Shown here one piece after another: positions 1-8,609 of a stretch of 57,606 bases of DNA. The DNA is from an uncultured Holophagales bacterium (GTDB lineage: Bacteria > Acidobacteriota > Thermoanaerobaculia > UBA5066), in contig CAZWRQ010000002.1 of NCBI GenBank assembly GCA_964636395.1, positions 1-57,606 of the forward strand, written 5' to 3'. The stretch's first letter is position 1; each line of letters opens with the position of its first letter. The position numbers and the translations under genes were made by a program. The notes under the pieces were generated by a model that ran no database searches, was not told the origin of the DNA, and worked only from the letters and a program-made list of their open reading frames with translations.

Positions 1-542
1 GCCCTCTCGTCGGCGGGCCCGACCGCGAGTTCCACCCGGCCCTCTCGCCCGACGCGCGTCAGCTCGTCTTCGTCTCCTCGCGAGGCGGCGTCGAGCATCT
101 CTGCGCCGTCCCTCTGCGCGACGGGGCCGCCGACGGCGAGCCTCGGCCCATCACCTTCGGCGCGTCGGCGGACGCCTTCCCGGCGTTCTCCCCGGACGGC
201 TCACGGATCGCGTTCCTGCGCGACGGGGAGATCCACCTCGTCGACGCCGAGGGGCACGGCGAGCCCCGACGTCTCACGCGCGATGCCCGCCCCAACCACT
301 TCGCGTGGGACGCCGGCGGCGACGCTCTGGTCGTGGCCGGTCGCTTCTCCGGGCGCAGGCTCGTCCTCCGCCGCGTCCGCCTCGACGGCGTCGTCGAGCC
401 GATCGAGCCGGAGGTCGAGCTCGGCGGGGAGCTTCCCTCGGGCTATCTCTCCGTGAGCGCCGACGGCCGCTTCGTCGCCGTCCAGGTCGGCCGCCTGGAG
501 GCCGACGTCTGGGTCCGGGCTCCCTTCACGGGCGGACCGTGA
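1..542 (+). CDS. TolB-like PD40 beta-propeller repeat protein, C-terminal fragment (5' end lies outside the window)
   Basis: Frame 3 is open from the window edge to TGA 540-542. The translation carries PD40-type repeats (HPALSPDARQLVFVSSRGG; FPAFSPDGSRIAFLRDGEIHLVD). Confidence 0.6.
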   Translation, partial: PLVGGPDREFHPALSPDARQLVFVSSRGGVEHLCAVPLRDGAADGEPRPITFGASADAFPAFSPDGSRIAFLRDGEIHLVDAEGHGEPRRLTRDARPNHFAWDAGGDALVVAGRFSGRRLVLRRVRLDGVVEPIEPEVELGGELPSGYLSVSADGRFVAVQVGRLEADVWVRAPFTGGP

Positions 543-612
543 CCGATGAACGGGCGCCGGGACCGCCCCCGGCGCGCCCTCGACCGAGCGAATACGACGA
601 AAGGAGACCGGG

Positions 613-1038
613 ATGCCCACGACGCTCGTCCACCGCCTCGAGCTGATGAGGCTCCTCCACCGCTTCAAGGGGCTCGTCGAGTGGGAGCTCGAGAAGCTCG
701 CCGCGCTCGACACCAGGACGATCCCGCTCGAGCTCGAGCCTCCGGCCATCGCGGTACGGAAGCCCGAGCGGAAGCCTCCCCCGATCACTCCGGGGACGGA
801 GCCCGCAGCGGAGGCGCCGGCGGTTCCGGCGACTCCTTCCATTCCGGGAGCCGGCGCGCCGGACGGCTCGCTTGCCGACCTCTCACGCCCGTCCGGAGCG
901 CCGTCGCACCCGTTACAGAAGACGAAGGACCCCACGAACCTCGAGAGCTGCTGCCGCTCGGCCGACCTTCCCACCGGGGACTACGTCGCGCTCGTCGACG
1001 CGGCGACCCCGTACGTCCGGGCGCTCGCGGAGGAGTGA
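613..1038 (+). CDS. Hypothetical 141-aa protein, translationally coupled to the downstream radical SAM enzyme (possible substrate or partner)
   Basis: ATG 613 has AGGAG at 602-606. The protein has a helical N-terminus, a Pro/Ala-rich middle and a C-terminal ESCCRSADLPTGDYVALVD segment. Its TGA overlaps the next GTG (GTGA at 1035-1038). I recognise no family. Confidence 0.55.
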   Translation: MPTTLVHRLELMRLLHRFKGLVEWELEKLAALDTRTIPLELEPPAIAVRKPERKPPPITPGTEPAAEAPAVPATPSIPGAGAPDGSLADLSRPSGAPSHPLQKTKDPTNLESCCRSADLPTGDYVALVDAATPYVRALAEE

Positions 1039-2387
1039 CGCGCATCGACGGTCGCGCCGTCCGGCCGCTCGTCCCCGGGCCGCGTGCCGTGACGCTCCTC
1101 CTCACGACTCGGTGCAACCTCGCGTGCGCCTACTGCCCGCAGCGGCGCGGCGCGCCCCGCGAGATGGACGCCGCCGCTCTCGAGGCCGCCGTCCGCCTCG
1201 TGGCCACGTCCGGCCACGCGCGGCCGAAGCTCGTCCTCTTCGGCGGCGAGCCGCTCCTCGCGAAGGCGCTCGCCCGGAGAGCGCTGTCTCTCCTCGCGGC
1301 ATCCGCGCGCCCTGGCCTCGCGCCCGACGTGCACGTCGTGACGAACGGCCTCCTCCTCGACGAAGAGACGGCCGCGCTCCTCGACGCGGCGGGCGTCACG
1401 ATCGAGCTCTCCTGCGACGGCCTCGGCGCCGCGCAGGAGCGCCGCGGCGCCGGCACCGGCGCCGCTCTCCGCTCCCTTCTCATCCGCCTCGCGCGGAGCC
1501 GTCCTCGCCTCCTCGCGGAGCGCCTCGTCGCGCGCGTGACGGTCGACTCCGGGAACGTCGGTGCGCTCGGCCGTGCGGTCGCGGAGCTCCGCGCGGCGGG
1601 CGTCCGCGAGATCCGGGCCACGCCGGTCCAGACGCCCGACCCGGGATGGAACGAGGCCTCCGCGGACCTCCTCGACCGCGCCCTCGAGGAGATCGCCTCT
1701 CTCCCTTCGAACGGGAACGGGGACTCGGCCTTCGATCCGCTCCGCACTTCGGCGGGCTCTCGGAGCCCGTTCGGCGTCCCCGCATGCAGCCTCGGCGAAG
1801 CCGACGTTCTCTTCGTCGACGTCGACGGCCGCATCGCCCCGTGCGGAGCCTTCGCCCCGTCCGTCCTGCCGTCCCTTCCGCCCCTCGCGGAGGAGCTTCG
1901 GCAGCGGCTCGCGGGGCCGCGGGTGGACGACCCGGCGCTCGACGCGCGTCTCGCGCTCCGCTCGGCGGGGCGGCCCGGCCTCCCGGCGCTCGTCGCCTCG
2001 GCGGCGCGCCGCTCACCGCGTGGACCCTGCGCCTCCTGCGACGCTCTCGACGAGTGCTCCGTCTGCCCTGCCGCGATCGTCGGCGCGCCCGGGCAGGACC
2101 CGGACCTCGTCCCGGCGAGCTGGTGCGACTGGAACCGGCTCATTGCGCGACACCGCCGCGCGCTTCACCCGCGCGCCGCAGAAGCTCAGCGCGCGGGCAG
2201 CAGCTCGAGCGCCCCGGCGACGAGCGCCGTCACCCCCGTCCGAATCGCGGGAGAGGCGTCGGGGGCGAACTCGGCCGAGTGGAGCGGCGGGAGCGACGTC
2301 CCGTCGGCCTTCGCCTTCTCGAGCGCCGCGGGCTCCGCGACGCCGAGCCAGAAGAGCGACGCCGGCACTCCCTCGCGCCCGAAGTAG
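1035..2387 (+). CDS. Radical SAM protein with a SPASM-like C-terminal Cys cluster (peptide/protein maturase-like)
   Basis: GTG 1035 overlaps the upstream stop. CNLACAYC is the CX3CX2C radical SAM motif. Downstream are CSLGEADVLFVDVDGRIAPC (CX13GX4C) and CASCDALDECSVC (CX2CX5CX2C). The last ~65 codons are low-complexity and antisense to the M20 gene. Confidence 0.8.
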   Translation: MTRIDGRAVRPLVPGPRAVTLLLTTRCNLACAYCPQRRGAPREMDAAALEAAVRLVATSGHARPKLVLFGGEPLLAKALARRALSLLAASARPGLAPDVHVVTNGLLLDEETAALLDAAGVTIELSCDGLGAAQERRGAGTGAALRSLLIRLARSRPRLLAERLVARVTVDSGNVGALGRAVAELRAAGVREIRATPVQTPDPGWNEASADLLDRALEEIASLPSNGNGDSAFDPLRTSAGSRSPFGVPACSLGEADVLFVDVDGRIAPCGAFAPSVLPSLPPLAEELRQRLAGPRVDDPALDARLALRSAGRPGLPALVASAARRSPRGPCASCDALDECSVCPAAIVGAPGQDPDLVPASWCDWNRLIARHRRALHPRAAEAQRAGSSSSAPATSAVTPVRIAGEASGANSAEWSGGSDVPSAFAFSSAAGSATPSQKSDAGTPSRPK

Positions 2388-3499
2388 GAGAAGTCCTCGC
2401 TCACGCTCGCCGGCGGGAAGGAGGCGACGTTTGCCGCGCCGAGCGCCGCGGCGAAGGCCCCACGCAGACGCTCCGTGAGGGGCACGTCGTTCACGACTCC
2501 GGGCGTCGACTCGACGATCGAAAAGTCGGGCGCCTGCGGCGTGCCCCCCGCGATCGACTCCCCCGTCGCAACGCGGCGGATGCCGTCGAGGAGCCGCTGC
2601 CTCACCTCCTCGCGGTAGGCGCGGACCGTGATCTTCAGGCGGGCTTCGGGCGGGATGACGTTGTGCTTCGCGCCGGCCTGGAAAGAGCCGACCGAGACGA
2701 CGGCCGGCTCGAACGGGTCCTTCTCGCGCGAGACGAGCGCCTGCAGCGCGACGACCGTCCGGGCCGCGATCAGGACGGGGTCGACCGTCCGGTGCGGCAT
2801 CGCCCCGTGCCCCCCCTTGCCGTGGATCGTCAGGTCGACCGAATCGACGGAGGCGAAGGCCGCTCCCGGCGTCACGCCGACCGAGCCCGCCGGGAGCTCG
2901 GGCGTCACGTGCAGGGCGAGGGCGAAGCCGGGCCGCGGGAACCGCGTGAAGAGCCCGTCCTTCAGCATCGTCGCGGCCCCGGCTCCCTTCTCCTCGGCCG
3001 GCTGCCCGACCATCACGAGCGTCCCGCGCCAGCTCCCCTTCGCGCGCGCGAGGAGCGTCGCCGCGCCGGTCCAGGCGGTCATGTGGAGGTCGTGCCCGCA
3101 GGCGTGCATGACCGGGATCGGCGTGCCGTCGTCCGCCTTCCCCGTCGCGCGGCTCGCGAACGACAGGCCGGTCTTCTCCTCGACGGGCAGGGCGTCGAGG
3201 TCGGTCCGGAGCATCACGACCGGTCCGTCCCCGTTCCGGAGGACGCCGACGATCCCGGTCGCCCCGACTCCTTCGGTCACCTCGAACCCGAGGGCACGCA
3301 GGCGGACGGCGAGCTTCGCGGCCGTCGCCGTCTCCTGCATCGAGAGCTCCGGCGCGGCGTGAAGCTCGCGGTAGAGCTCTCCGAGCGGCTCCGCCTCGCC
3401 GCCGAGCGGCGCGAGGACCGCCTGAAGGCGCGGAGCGGGGGGCGCCGCGAGGGCGGGAACGGCGAGTCCGGCGGCGAGGGCAACGGCGGCTGGGCGCAT
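2186..3499 (-). CDS. M20 family amidohydrolase/peptidase (M20D, N-acyl-amino-acid amidohydrolase-like), secreted
   Basis: It has the MHACGHDLHM motif and M20 dimerisation-domain layout. Start chosen at ATG 3499 (MRPAAVALAAGLAVPALAA signal peptide) with GGAGG 5 nt upstream. The ORF track extends to 3511. Confidence 0.85.
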   Translation of the reverse strand: MRPAAVALAAGLAVPALAAPPAPRLQAVLAPLGGEAEPLGELYRELHAAPELSMQETATAAKLAVRLRALGFEVTEGVGATGIVGVLRNGDGPVVMLRTDLDALPVEEKTGLSFASRATGKADDGTPIPVMHACGHDLHMTAWTGAATLLARAKGSWRGTLVMVGQPAEEKGAGAATMLKDGLFTRFPRPGFALALHVTPELPAGSVGVTPGAAFASVDSVDLTIHGKGGHGAMPHRTVDPVLIAARTVVALQALVSREKDPFEPAVVSVGSFQAGAKHNVIPPEARLKITVRAYREEVRQRLLDGIRRVATGESIAGGTPQAPDFSIVESTPGVVNDVPLTERLRGAFAAALGAANVASFPPASVSEDFSYFGREGVPASLFWLGVAEPAALEKAKADGTSLPPLHSAEFAPDASPAIRTGVTALVAGALELLPAR

Positions 3500-3509
3500 C
3501 GGATCCTCC

Positions 3510-5057
3510 ATGAGGGACTCTCCCGCCTCCGACTATAGTGGAGGGGTGAGCCCCGAGACGCCCGGCTGGGTCCGCGACGCCGTCTTCTACCAGGTCTTCC
3601 CCGACAGGTTCGCGCGCAGCGAGCGCGTCACGAAGCCGGGGAACCTCGAGCCGTGGGACTCTCCGCCGACGCCCCACGGCTTCAAGGGGGGCGACCTCCT
3701 CGGCCTCGCCGAGAAGCTCGACGACCTCTCGGCGCTCGGCGTGACGGCGCTCTACCTCAACCCGGTCTTCGCCTCCGCGGCGAACCACCGCTACCACACC
3801 TGGGACTATCACCAGGTCGACCCGATCCTCGGCGGGAACGAGGCGCTTCGCGAGCTCCTCGACGCGGCCCACGCGCGCGGCATGAAGGTCGTCCTGGACG
3901 GCGTCTTCAACCACGTCGGGCGCGGCTTCTTCGCGTTCCACAGCGTCCTCGAGAACGGCGCCGACTCCCCCTACCTCGACTGGTTCCACCTCGACGTCGA
4001 GCGCCTGCAGGACGGCCGGCCCCTCGGCGCCTACGCCGAGCCGAAGCTCCTGCGCCGCTCGAAGAAGCCCAGGCCCGCGTTCGAGGAGCTCGGCTACGCG
4101 GCCTGGTGGGACGTCCCGGCCCTACCGAAGCTCGACACGCGCACGCCCGCCGTCCGGGAGTACCTCTGGGACGTGGCCGAGCGCTGGATCCGCTTCGGTG
4201 CGGACGGCTGGCGGCTCGACGTCCCGTCCGAGATCGACGACGACGAGTTCTGGCGCGAGCTGCGCCGCCGCGTGAAGCGCGCGAACCCCGAGGCATACCT
4301 CGTCGGCGAGATCTGGCACGACGCGCGGCGCTGGCTCGCGGGCGACCAGTTCGACGCCACGATGAACTACCCGCTCGCGAAGGCGGCCCTCGGCTTCTTC
4401 CTCCCGGACCTCGAGACGGCCGCCCTCCGGTCGGTCGGCGGCTACCGGGACGTCGTCGAGCTCGACGCCGCCGCGTTCGCCGCCGAGGTGGAGCGGGTGC
4501 TCGGCCTCTACGACCCGGCGGTCCGGGACGCCCAGCTGAACCTCATCGGAAGCCACGACACCCCCCGCTTCCTCACGCTCGCGGGCGGGGAGCTCGCCGC
4601 GCTCGAGATGGCGTTCCTCTTCCTCTTCACCCTCCCGGGGGCCCCCTGCATCTACTACGGCGACGAGATCGGCCTCGAGGGCGGGCCCGACCCCGACTGC
4701 CGGCGGACGTACCCGTGGGACGAGGGCTCGTGGGACCACGTCTTGCGCGAGCAGGTCCGGCGCCTCGCCGCCCTCCGCCGCGCCCACCCCGCGCTCCGTG
4801 GCGGCGCGTACCGGACGATCCTGGCCGAGGACGCGCTCGTCTCCTACGTCCGGGAGGAAGATAGCGGCGACGCGGTCGTCGTCGCCTTCAACGTCTCCCG
4901 CGAGGAGCGTCGCGTCGACCTCCCGGTCGGAGCGCTCCCCGAGCGCCTCCTCGACGCGGCCACCGGCGACGACCTCGTCGTGACCGACGGGGAGCTGCGC
5001 GGAATCGACCTCCCGGGCCGCTCGGGCCGCGCGTTCGTCACGCCGACGGCCGGCTGA
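3510..5057 (+). CDS. GH13 alpha-amylase-family glycoside hydrolase (neopullulanase / alpha-glucosidase-like)
   Basis: GH13 conserved regions are present: VLDGVFNHVG, GADGWRLDVPSEI, YLVGEIWHD, LIGSHDTPRF. The start is uncertain (ATG 3510 without an SD, or in-frame GTG 3546). Confidence 0.85.
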   Translation: MRDSPASDYSGGVSPETPGWVRDAVFYQVFPDRFARSERVTKPGNLEPWDSPPTPHGFKGGDLLGLAEKLDDLSALGVTALYLNPVFASAANHRYHTWDYHQVDPILGGNEALRELLDAAHARGMKVVLDGVFNHVGRGFFAFHSVLENGADSPYLDWFHLDVERLQDGRPLGAYAEPKLLRRSKKPRPAFEELGYAAWWDVPALPKLDTRTPAVREYLWDVAERWIRFGADGWRLDVPSEIDDDEFWRELRRRVKRANPEAYLVGEIWHDARRWLAGDQFDATMNYPLAKAALGFFLPDLETAALRSVGGYRDVVELDAAAFAAEVERVLGLYDPAVRDAQLNLIGSHDTPRFLTLAGGELAALEMAFLFLFTLPGAPCIYYGDEIGLEGGPDPDCRRTYPWDEGSWDHVLREQVRRLAALRRAHPALRGGAYRTILAEDALVSYVREEDSGDAVVVAFNVSREERRVDLPVGALPERLLDAATGDDLVVTDGELRGIDLPGRSGRAFVTPTAG

Positions 5058-5130
5058 GCGCCCCCCGCGGTCGCGGCGTCTTTCCGGGCGTGACGAGTCG
5101 CCCCGGTTCGGGTCTTCGCGTGCATTCGAC

Positions 5131-5148
5131 ATGATGCATTCGCATCAT
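5131..5148. promoter_or_regulatory. Perfect 7-bp inverted repeat ATGATGC-ATTC-GCATCAT in the lower-GC intergenic region upstream of the cco operon
   Basis: Read directly from the sequence. TGCATTCG also occurs as a direct repeat at 5121-5128 and 5135-5142. It sits in a 483-nt non-coding gap. Confidence 0.35.
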
Positions 5149-5540
5149 CCCGACGCTCCCGACGCCTTTGCGACGCCCGCGCAGAATCAGCACAAGGCAT
5201 GATCATTTCTTGAGTTATCGAAACGACCTCGAGGCCCATTCCTCCACGGTTTCCCCGTGAATCCGGCCATCTGTCGGCCTGAATTGAAGCATCTGGAGGA
5301 TGGTGCTGCGCTGCAACGGGACGGAACATGCCCGCCGGTTCAGGCATCAGGAGCCATGCCGCCAGGGGGCCGCGTGTCGGGAGAGATCCAGGGAGCCATG
5401 CACCTCGGGGAGGCGCCTCAGCGCCTCTGCGACTTTGTGCCCGGCCCCGCCGGCGCCGCGTCCGCTCCGCCCCGGCGACGCCTCCCGGCCCCGGCTCCGG
5501 ACCTTCCGCGGCAAACGCAGCGCAACAGGATGGGAGATCG

Positions 5541-7799
5541 ATGAGCGACACCGTTCGGTACGACGATCGAACCCCGCGGCTCTTCTTCCTCGCCGCGATC
5601 TTCTGGGCCGTGGTCGGGATGCTCGTCGGCGTCCTGGCCGCCGCGATGCTCTTCCTGCCGGAGCTGAACGTCGCCCCCTACCTCACGTTCGGGAGGCTCC
5701 GCCCGCTCCACACGAACGCGGTCATCTTCGCGTTCGTCGGGAACATGATCTTCGGCGGGACCTACCACTCCATGCAGCGGCTGCTGAAGGCGAGGCTCTT
5801 CAGCGACACGCTGTCGAAGATTCACTTCTGGGGGTGGCAGCTGCTCATCGTGGCCGCGGCGGTCTCCCTGGTCGGCGGCGTCACGCAGGCGAAGGAGTAC
5901 GCCGAGCTTCCCTGGGTCCTCGACATCGTCATCACGTTCCTCTGGGTCGTCTTCGCGGTCAACTTCTTCGGGACGATCGCGAGGAGGCGCGAGGAGCACC
6001 TCTACGTCGCGATCTGGTTCTACATCGCGACGATCGTCGCGGTCGCCATCCTCCACATCGGCAACAGCATGGCGATCCCCTACTCCTGGCTCGGCAGCTA
6101 CTCGGCCTACGCGGGCGTGAAGGACGCCCTGATGCAGTGGTGGTACGGCCACAACGCCGTCGCCTTCTTCCTGACGACGCCCTACCTCGGCCTCATGTAC
6201 TACTACCTGCCGAAGGCCGCCGAGCGCCCGGTCTTCAGCTACAAGCTCTCGATCATGCACTTCTGGTCGCTGGTCTTCGTCTACATCTGGGCGGGGCCGC
6301 ACCACCTCCACTACACGGCGCTCCCCGAGTGGGCCTCGACGCTCGGGATGCTCTTCTCGCTCATCCTCTGGATGCCCTCCTGGGGCGGCATGGTGAACGG
6401 CCTCCTGACGCTCCGCGGGGCGTGGAACAAGCTCCGCGACGACCCGGTCCTGAAGTTCCTCGTCGTCGCCGTGACCTACTACGGCATGTCGACGTTCGAG
6501 GGGCCGATGATGTCGATCAAGTCGGTGAACGCGGTCTCGCACTACACCGACTGGACGATCGGCCACGTCCACGCCGGGACGCTCGGCTGGAACTCGTTCC
6601 TCTCGTTCGGCATCCTCTACTGGGTCGTCCCCCGCCTCTGGAAGACGGAGCTCTTCTCGAAGAAGCTCGCCACGGCCCACTTCTGGATCGGGACGATCGG
6701 CCTGATCCTCTACCAGGTCTCGATGTGGGTCGCCGGCATCACCCAGTGGGCGATGTGGCGCGCCTTCGAGCCCGACGGCCGCCTCGTCTACCCCGACTTC
6801 ATCGAGACCGTCCTCCGGATCGTCCCGATGTACTGGGTCCGCCTCGTCGGCGCGCTCCTCTTCTTCGCGGGCCTCCTCGTCTTCCTCTACAACGTCGTGC
6901 GGACGATCCGGAGCGCCCCGGCCGGCTTCGACGAGGAGGCCGAGGTGAAGGCGCCGCCGCTCGTCGTCGACCGCTCGGCCCCCGGCGCCACGACGGCTCC
7001 CGGGACGTGGGACCACGCCTTCTTCCGCTTCCAGCACGTGATCCGGCACGGAGTCCACCGCGCCATCGAGGGGCGCGTCGTCCTCCTCACGGTCCTGACG
7101 GCCCTCGCGCTCTCCGTCGGCTCGCTCGTCGAGGCGATCCCGCTCTTCTTCGACGAGAGCAACGTGAAGACGATCGCGACCGTGAAGCCCTACACGCCGC
7201 TCGAGCTCCTGGGCCGCGACGTCTACATCCGCGAGGGCTGCTACAACTGCCACTCCCAGATGGTCCGGCCGTTCCGGCACGAGACGGAGCGGTACGGCGA
7301 GTACTCCAAGGCCGGCGAGTTCGTCTACGACCATCCGTTCCAGTGGGGCTCGAAGCGGACGGGGCCCGACCTTCACCGCGTCGGCGGGAAGTACCCGTCG
7401 CTCTGGCACGTCCGGCACATGGACCAGCCCCGCTCCACGACGCCCGGCTCCGTCATGCCGCGCTACCCGCACCTCCTGAAGGACCCGATCGACGACTCGA
7501 AGGTCGAGGCGAAAATGCGCGCGATGCGGGCCGTCGGCGTCCCGTACACCGACGGCGAGATCGCGACGGCGAGGGCCTCGATCGCCGCGCAGGCGCAGGC
7601 GATCGCCGCGGAGGTGGAGGCGCAGCAGGGCCCGCCCGGCCTCGCCGACCGCGAGATCATGGCGCTGACCGCCTACCTCCAGAGGCTCGGGACCGACATC
7701 CGCTGGCGCCGTCCCATGGTCCAGCCTCCGCTCGCGCTCCCGGCGACTCCGGCCGCCGACTCCGCGCCGGCCGCCGCGCCCGTCGCGGCCGCGAGGTAG
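5541..7799 (+). CDS. ccoNO: cbb3-type cytochrome c oxidase, fused subunits I and II (CcoN-CcoO)
   Basis: ATG 5541 has GGGAG upstream. The N-terminal ~480 aa is a haem-copper oxidase subunit I (HTNAVIFAFVGN, WYGHNAVAFFLTTP, HHLHYT, GHVHAG). The C-terminal part is CcoO (CYNCHSQMVRPF, GPDLHRVGGKY). Confidence 0.9.
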   Translation: MSDTVRYDDRTPRLFFLAAIFWAVVGMLVGVLAAAMLFLPELNVAPYLTFGRLRPLHTNAVIFAFVGNMIFGGTYHSMQRLLKARLFSDTLSKIHFWGWQLLIVAAAVSLVGGVTQAKEYAELPWVLDIVITFLWVVFAVNFFGTIARRREEHLYVAIWFYIATIVAVAILHIGNSMAIPYSWLGSYSAYAGVKDALMQWWYGHNAVAFFLTTPYLGLMYYYLPKAAERPVFSYKLSIMHFWSLVFVYIWAGPHHLHYTALPEWASTLGMLFSLILWMPSWGGMVNGLLTLRGAWNKLRDDPVLKFLVVAVTYYGMSTFEGPMMSIKSVNAVSHYTDWTIGHVHAGTLGWNSFLSFGILYWVVPRLWKTELFSKKLATAHFWIGTIGLILYQVSMWVAGITQWAMWRAFEPDGRLVYPDFIETVLRIVPMYWVRLVGALLFFAGLLVFLYNVVRTIRSAPAGFDEEAEVKAPPLVVDRSAPGATTAPGTWDHAFFRFQHVIRHGVHRAIEGRVVLLTVLTALALSVGSLVEAIPLFFDESNVKTIATVKPYTPLELLGRDVYIREGCYNCHSQMVRPFRHETERYGEYSKAGEFVYDHPFQWGSKRTGPDLHRVGGKYPSLWHVRHMDQPRSTTPGSVMPRYPHLLKDPIDDSKVEAKMRAMRAVGVPYTDGEIATARASIAAQAQAIAAEVEAQQGPPGLADREIMALTAYLQRLGTDIRWRRPMVQPPLALPATPAADSAPAAAPVAAAR

Positions 7800-7804
7800 C
7801 CACC

Positions 7805-8008
7805 GTGCTCCAGGAGCTCGCCCGCGAGAGCGGCGCCCCGGGGTGGGCGATCGCCTCGATGCTCTTCTTCCTCGGCGTCTGGGTCGTCCTCGCGGTCCGC
7901 GTCGTCCGCGCCCGGCCCGACGCGCTCGCAGCGCAGGCCCGCCTGCCGCTGGCCGACGACGAGGCCGCCGCGCCGGCGCTCGCCGCCGAGCCGGGGCGCG
8001 GGGCCTGA
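7805..8008 (+). CDS. ccoQ: CcoQ/FixQ-like small membrane subunit of cbb3 oxidase
   Basis: GTG 7805 lies 5 nt after the ccoNO stop. It has a single TM (WAIASMLFFLGVWVVLAV) followed by RARP...LPLADDE, which is typical of FixQ. Confidence 0.6.
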   Translation: MLQELARESGAPGWAIASMLFFLGVWVVLAVRVVRARPDALAAQARLPLADDEAAAPALAAEPGRGA

Positions 8009-8020
8009 CCGGAGGGGACG

Positions 8021-8608
8021 ATGGCCGAATACGAAGACAAGGTCCTCCACGACATCGACGGAATCAAGGAGTACGACAATCCGCTGCCGGGCTGGCTCAT
8101 GGCCATCTGGTGGGGGGCGATCGCCTTCTCCGTCCTCTACCTCGCGTTCTACGCCCTCAGGTTCGGCGAAAGGTCGATGGAGTCGGAGTACCGCGCGGAG
8201 ACGGAGAAGGCGCTCGCCTCGGTCCAGGCGCACTTCGACGCGAACCCGCTCGTCCCCCCGACCTCCGCCGAGCTCCTCGCCGGCGCCGCCGACCCGGCCG
8301 TCCTCGACCGGGGCGCCGGGCGCTTCGCGAAGTCGTGCGCCTCGTGCCACGGCGAGAAGGCGCAGGGGCTCATCGGCCCGAACCTGACCGACGACCGCTG
8401 GATCCACGGCGGCTCAGTCGAGCAGGTCTTCCAGACGATCGTGAAGGGCTGGCCGGCGAAGGGGATGCCCCCCTGGGGGCGGGCGATCCCTCCGGAAGAG
8501 ATCTCGGCGCTCGTCTCGTACGTGCGGAGCCTGCAGGGCTCGAGCCCCGCCAACGCCAAGCCCGCCGAGGGCGACCCGTTCCCGCCAGAGCCGATCCCGG
8601 GACGCTGA
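8021..8608 (+). CDS. ccoP: cbb3 oxidase subunit III (CcoP), monohaem variant
   Basis: It has the FixP N-terminal motif DGIKEYDNPLPGWLMAIWW and a single CASCH haem site. Canonical CcoP is dihaem. Confidence 0.8.
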   Translation: MAEYEDKVLHDIDGIKEYDNPLPGWLMAIWWGAIAFSVLYLAFYALRFGERSMESEYRAETEKALASVQAHFDANPLVPPTSAELLAGAADPAVLDRGAGRFAKSCASCHGEKAQGLIGPNLTDDRWIHGGSVEQVFQTIVKGWPAKGMPPWGRAIPPEEISALVSYVRSLQGSSPANAKPAEGDPFPPEPIPGR

Positions 8609-8609
8609 C

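Noticed and set aside
872-3538. Very long alternative-frame and antisense ORFs throughout the window (for example 872-3538, 2013-3989, 5418-7472, 8370-10724, 10653-13997, 19672-22170, 22551-25355, 42439-45876, 54621-57161).
   Set aside because: Their translations are Arg/Pro/Gly/Ala-rich low-complexity strings with no motifs. They fully overlap ORFs that have clear family signatures. This is the expected artefact of ~70% GC DNA, which has few stop codons in the non-coding frames.
5210-5223. Possible FNR/Anr box TTGAGTTATCGAAA upstream of ccoNO.
   Set aside because: Only about 6 of 10 half-site positions match TTGAT-N4-ATCAA, and the right half-site is poor. This is not enough to call.
5301-5315. 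Sigma-54-like TGGTGC...TGCA element upstream of ccoNO.
   Set aside because: The GG-to-GC spacing is one nucleotide short of the strict GG-N10-GC geometry. The alternative register (AGGATGG...GCGCT) matches only the invariant dinucleotides.
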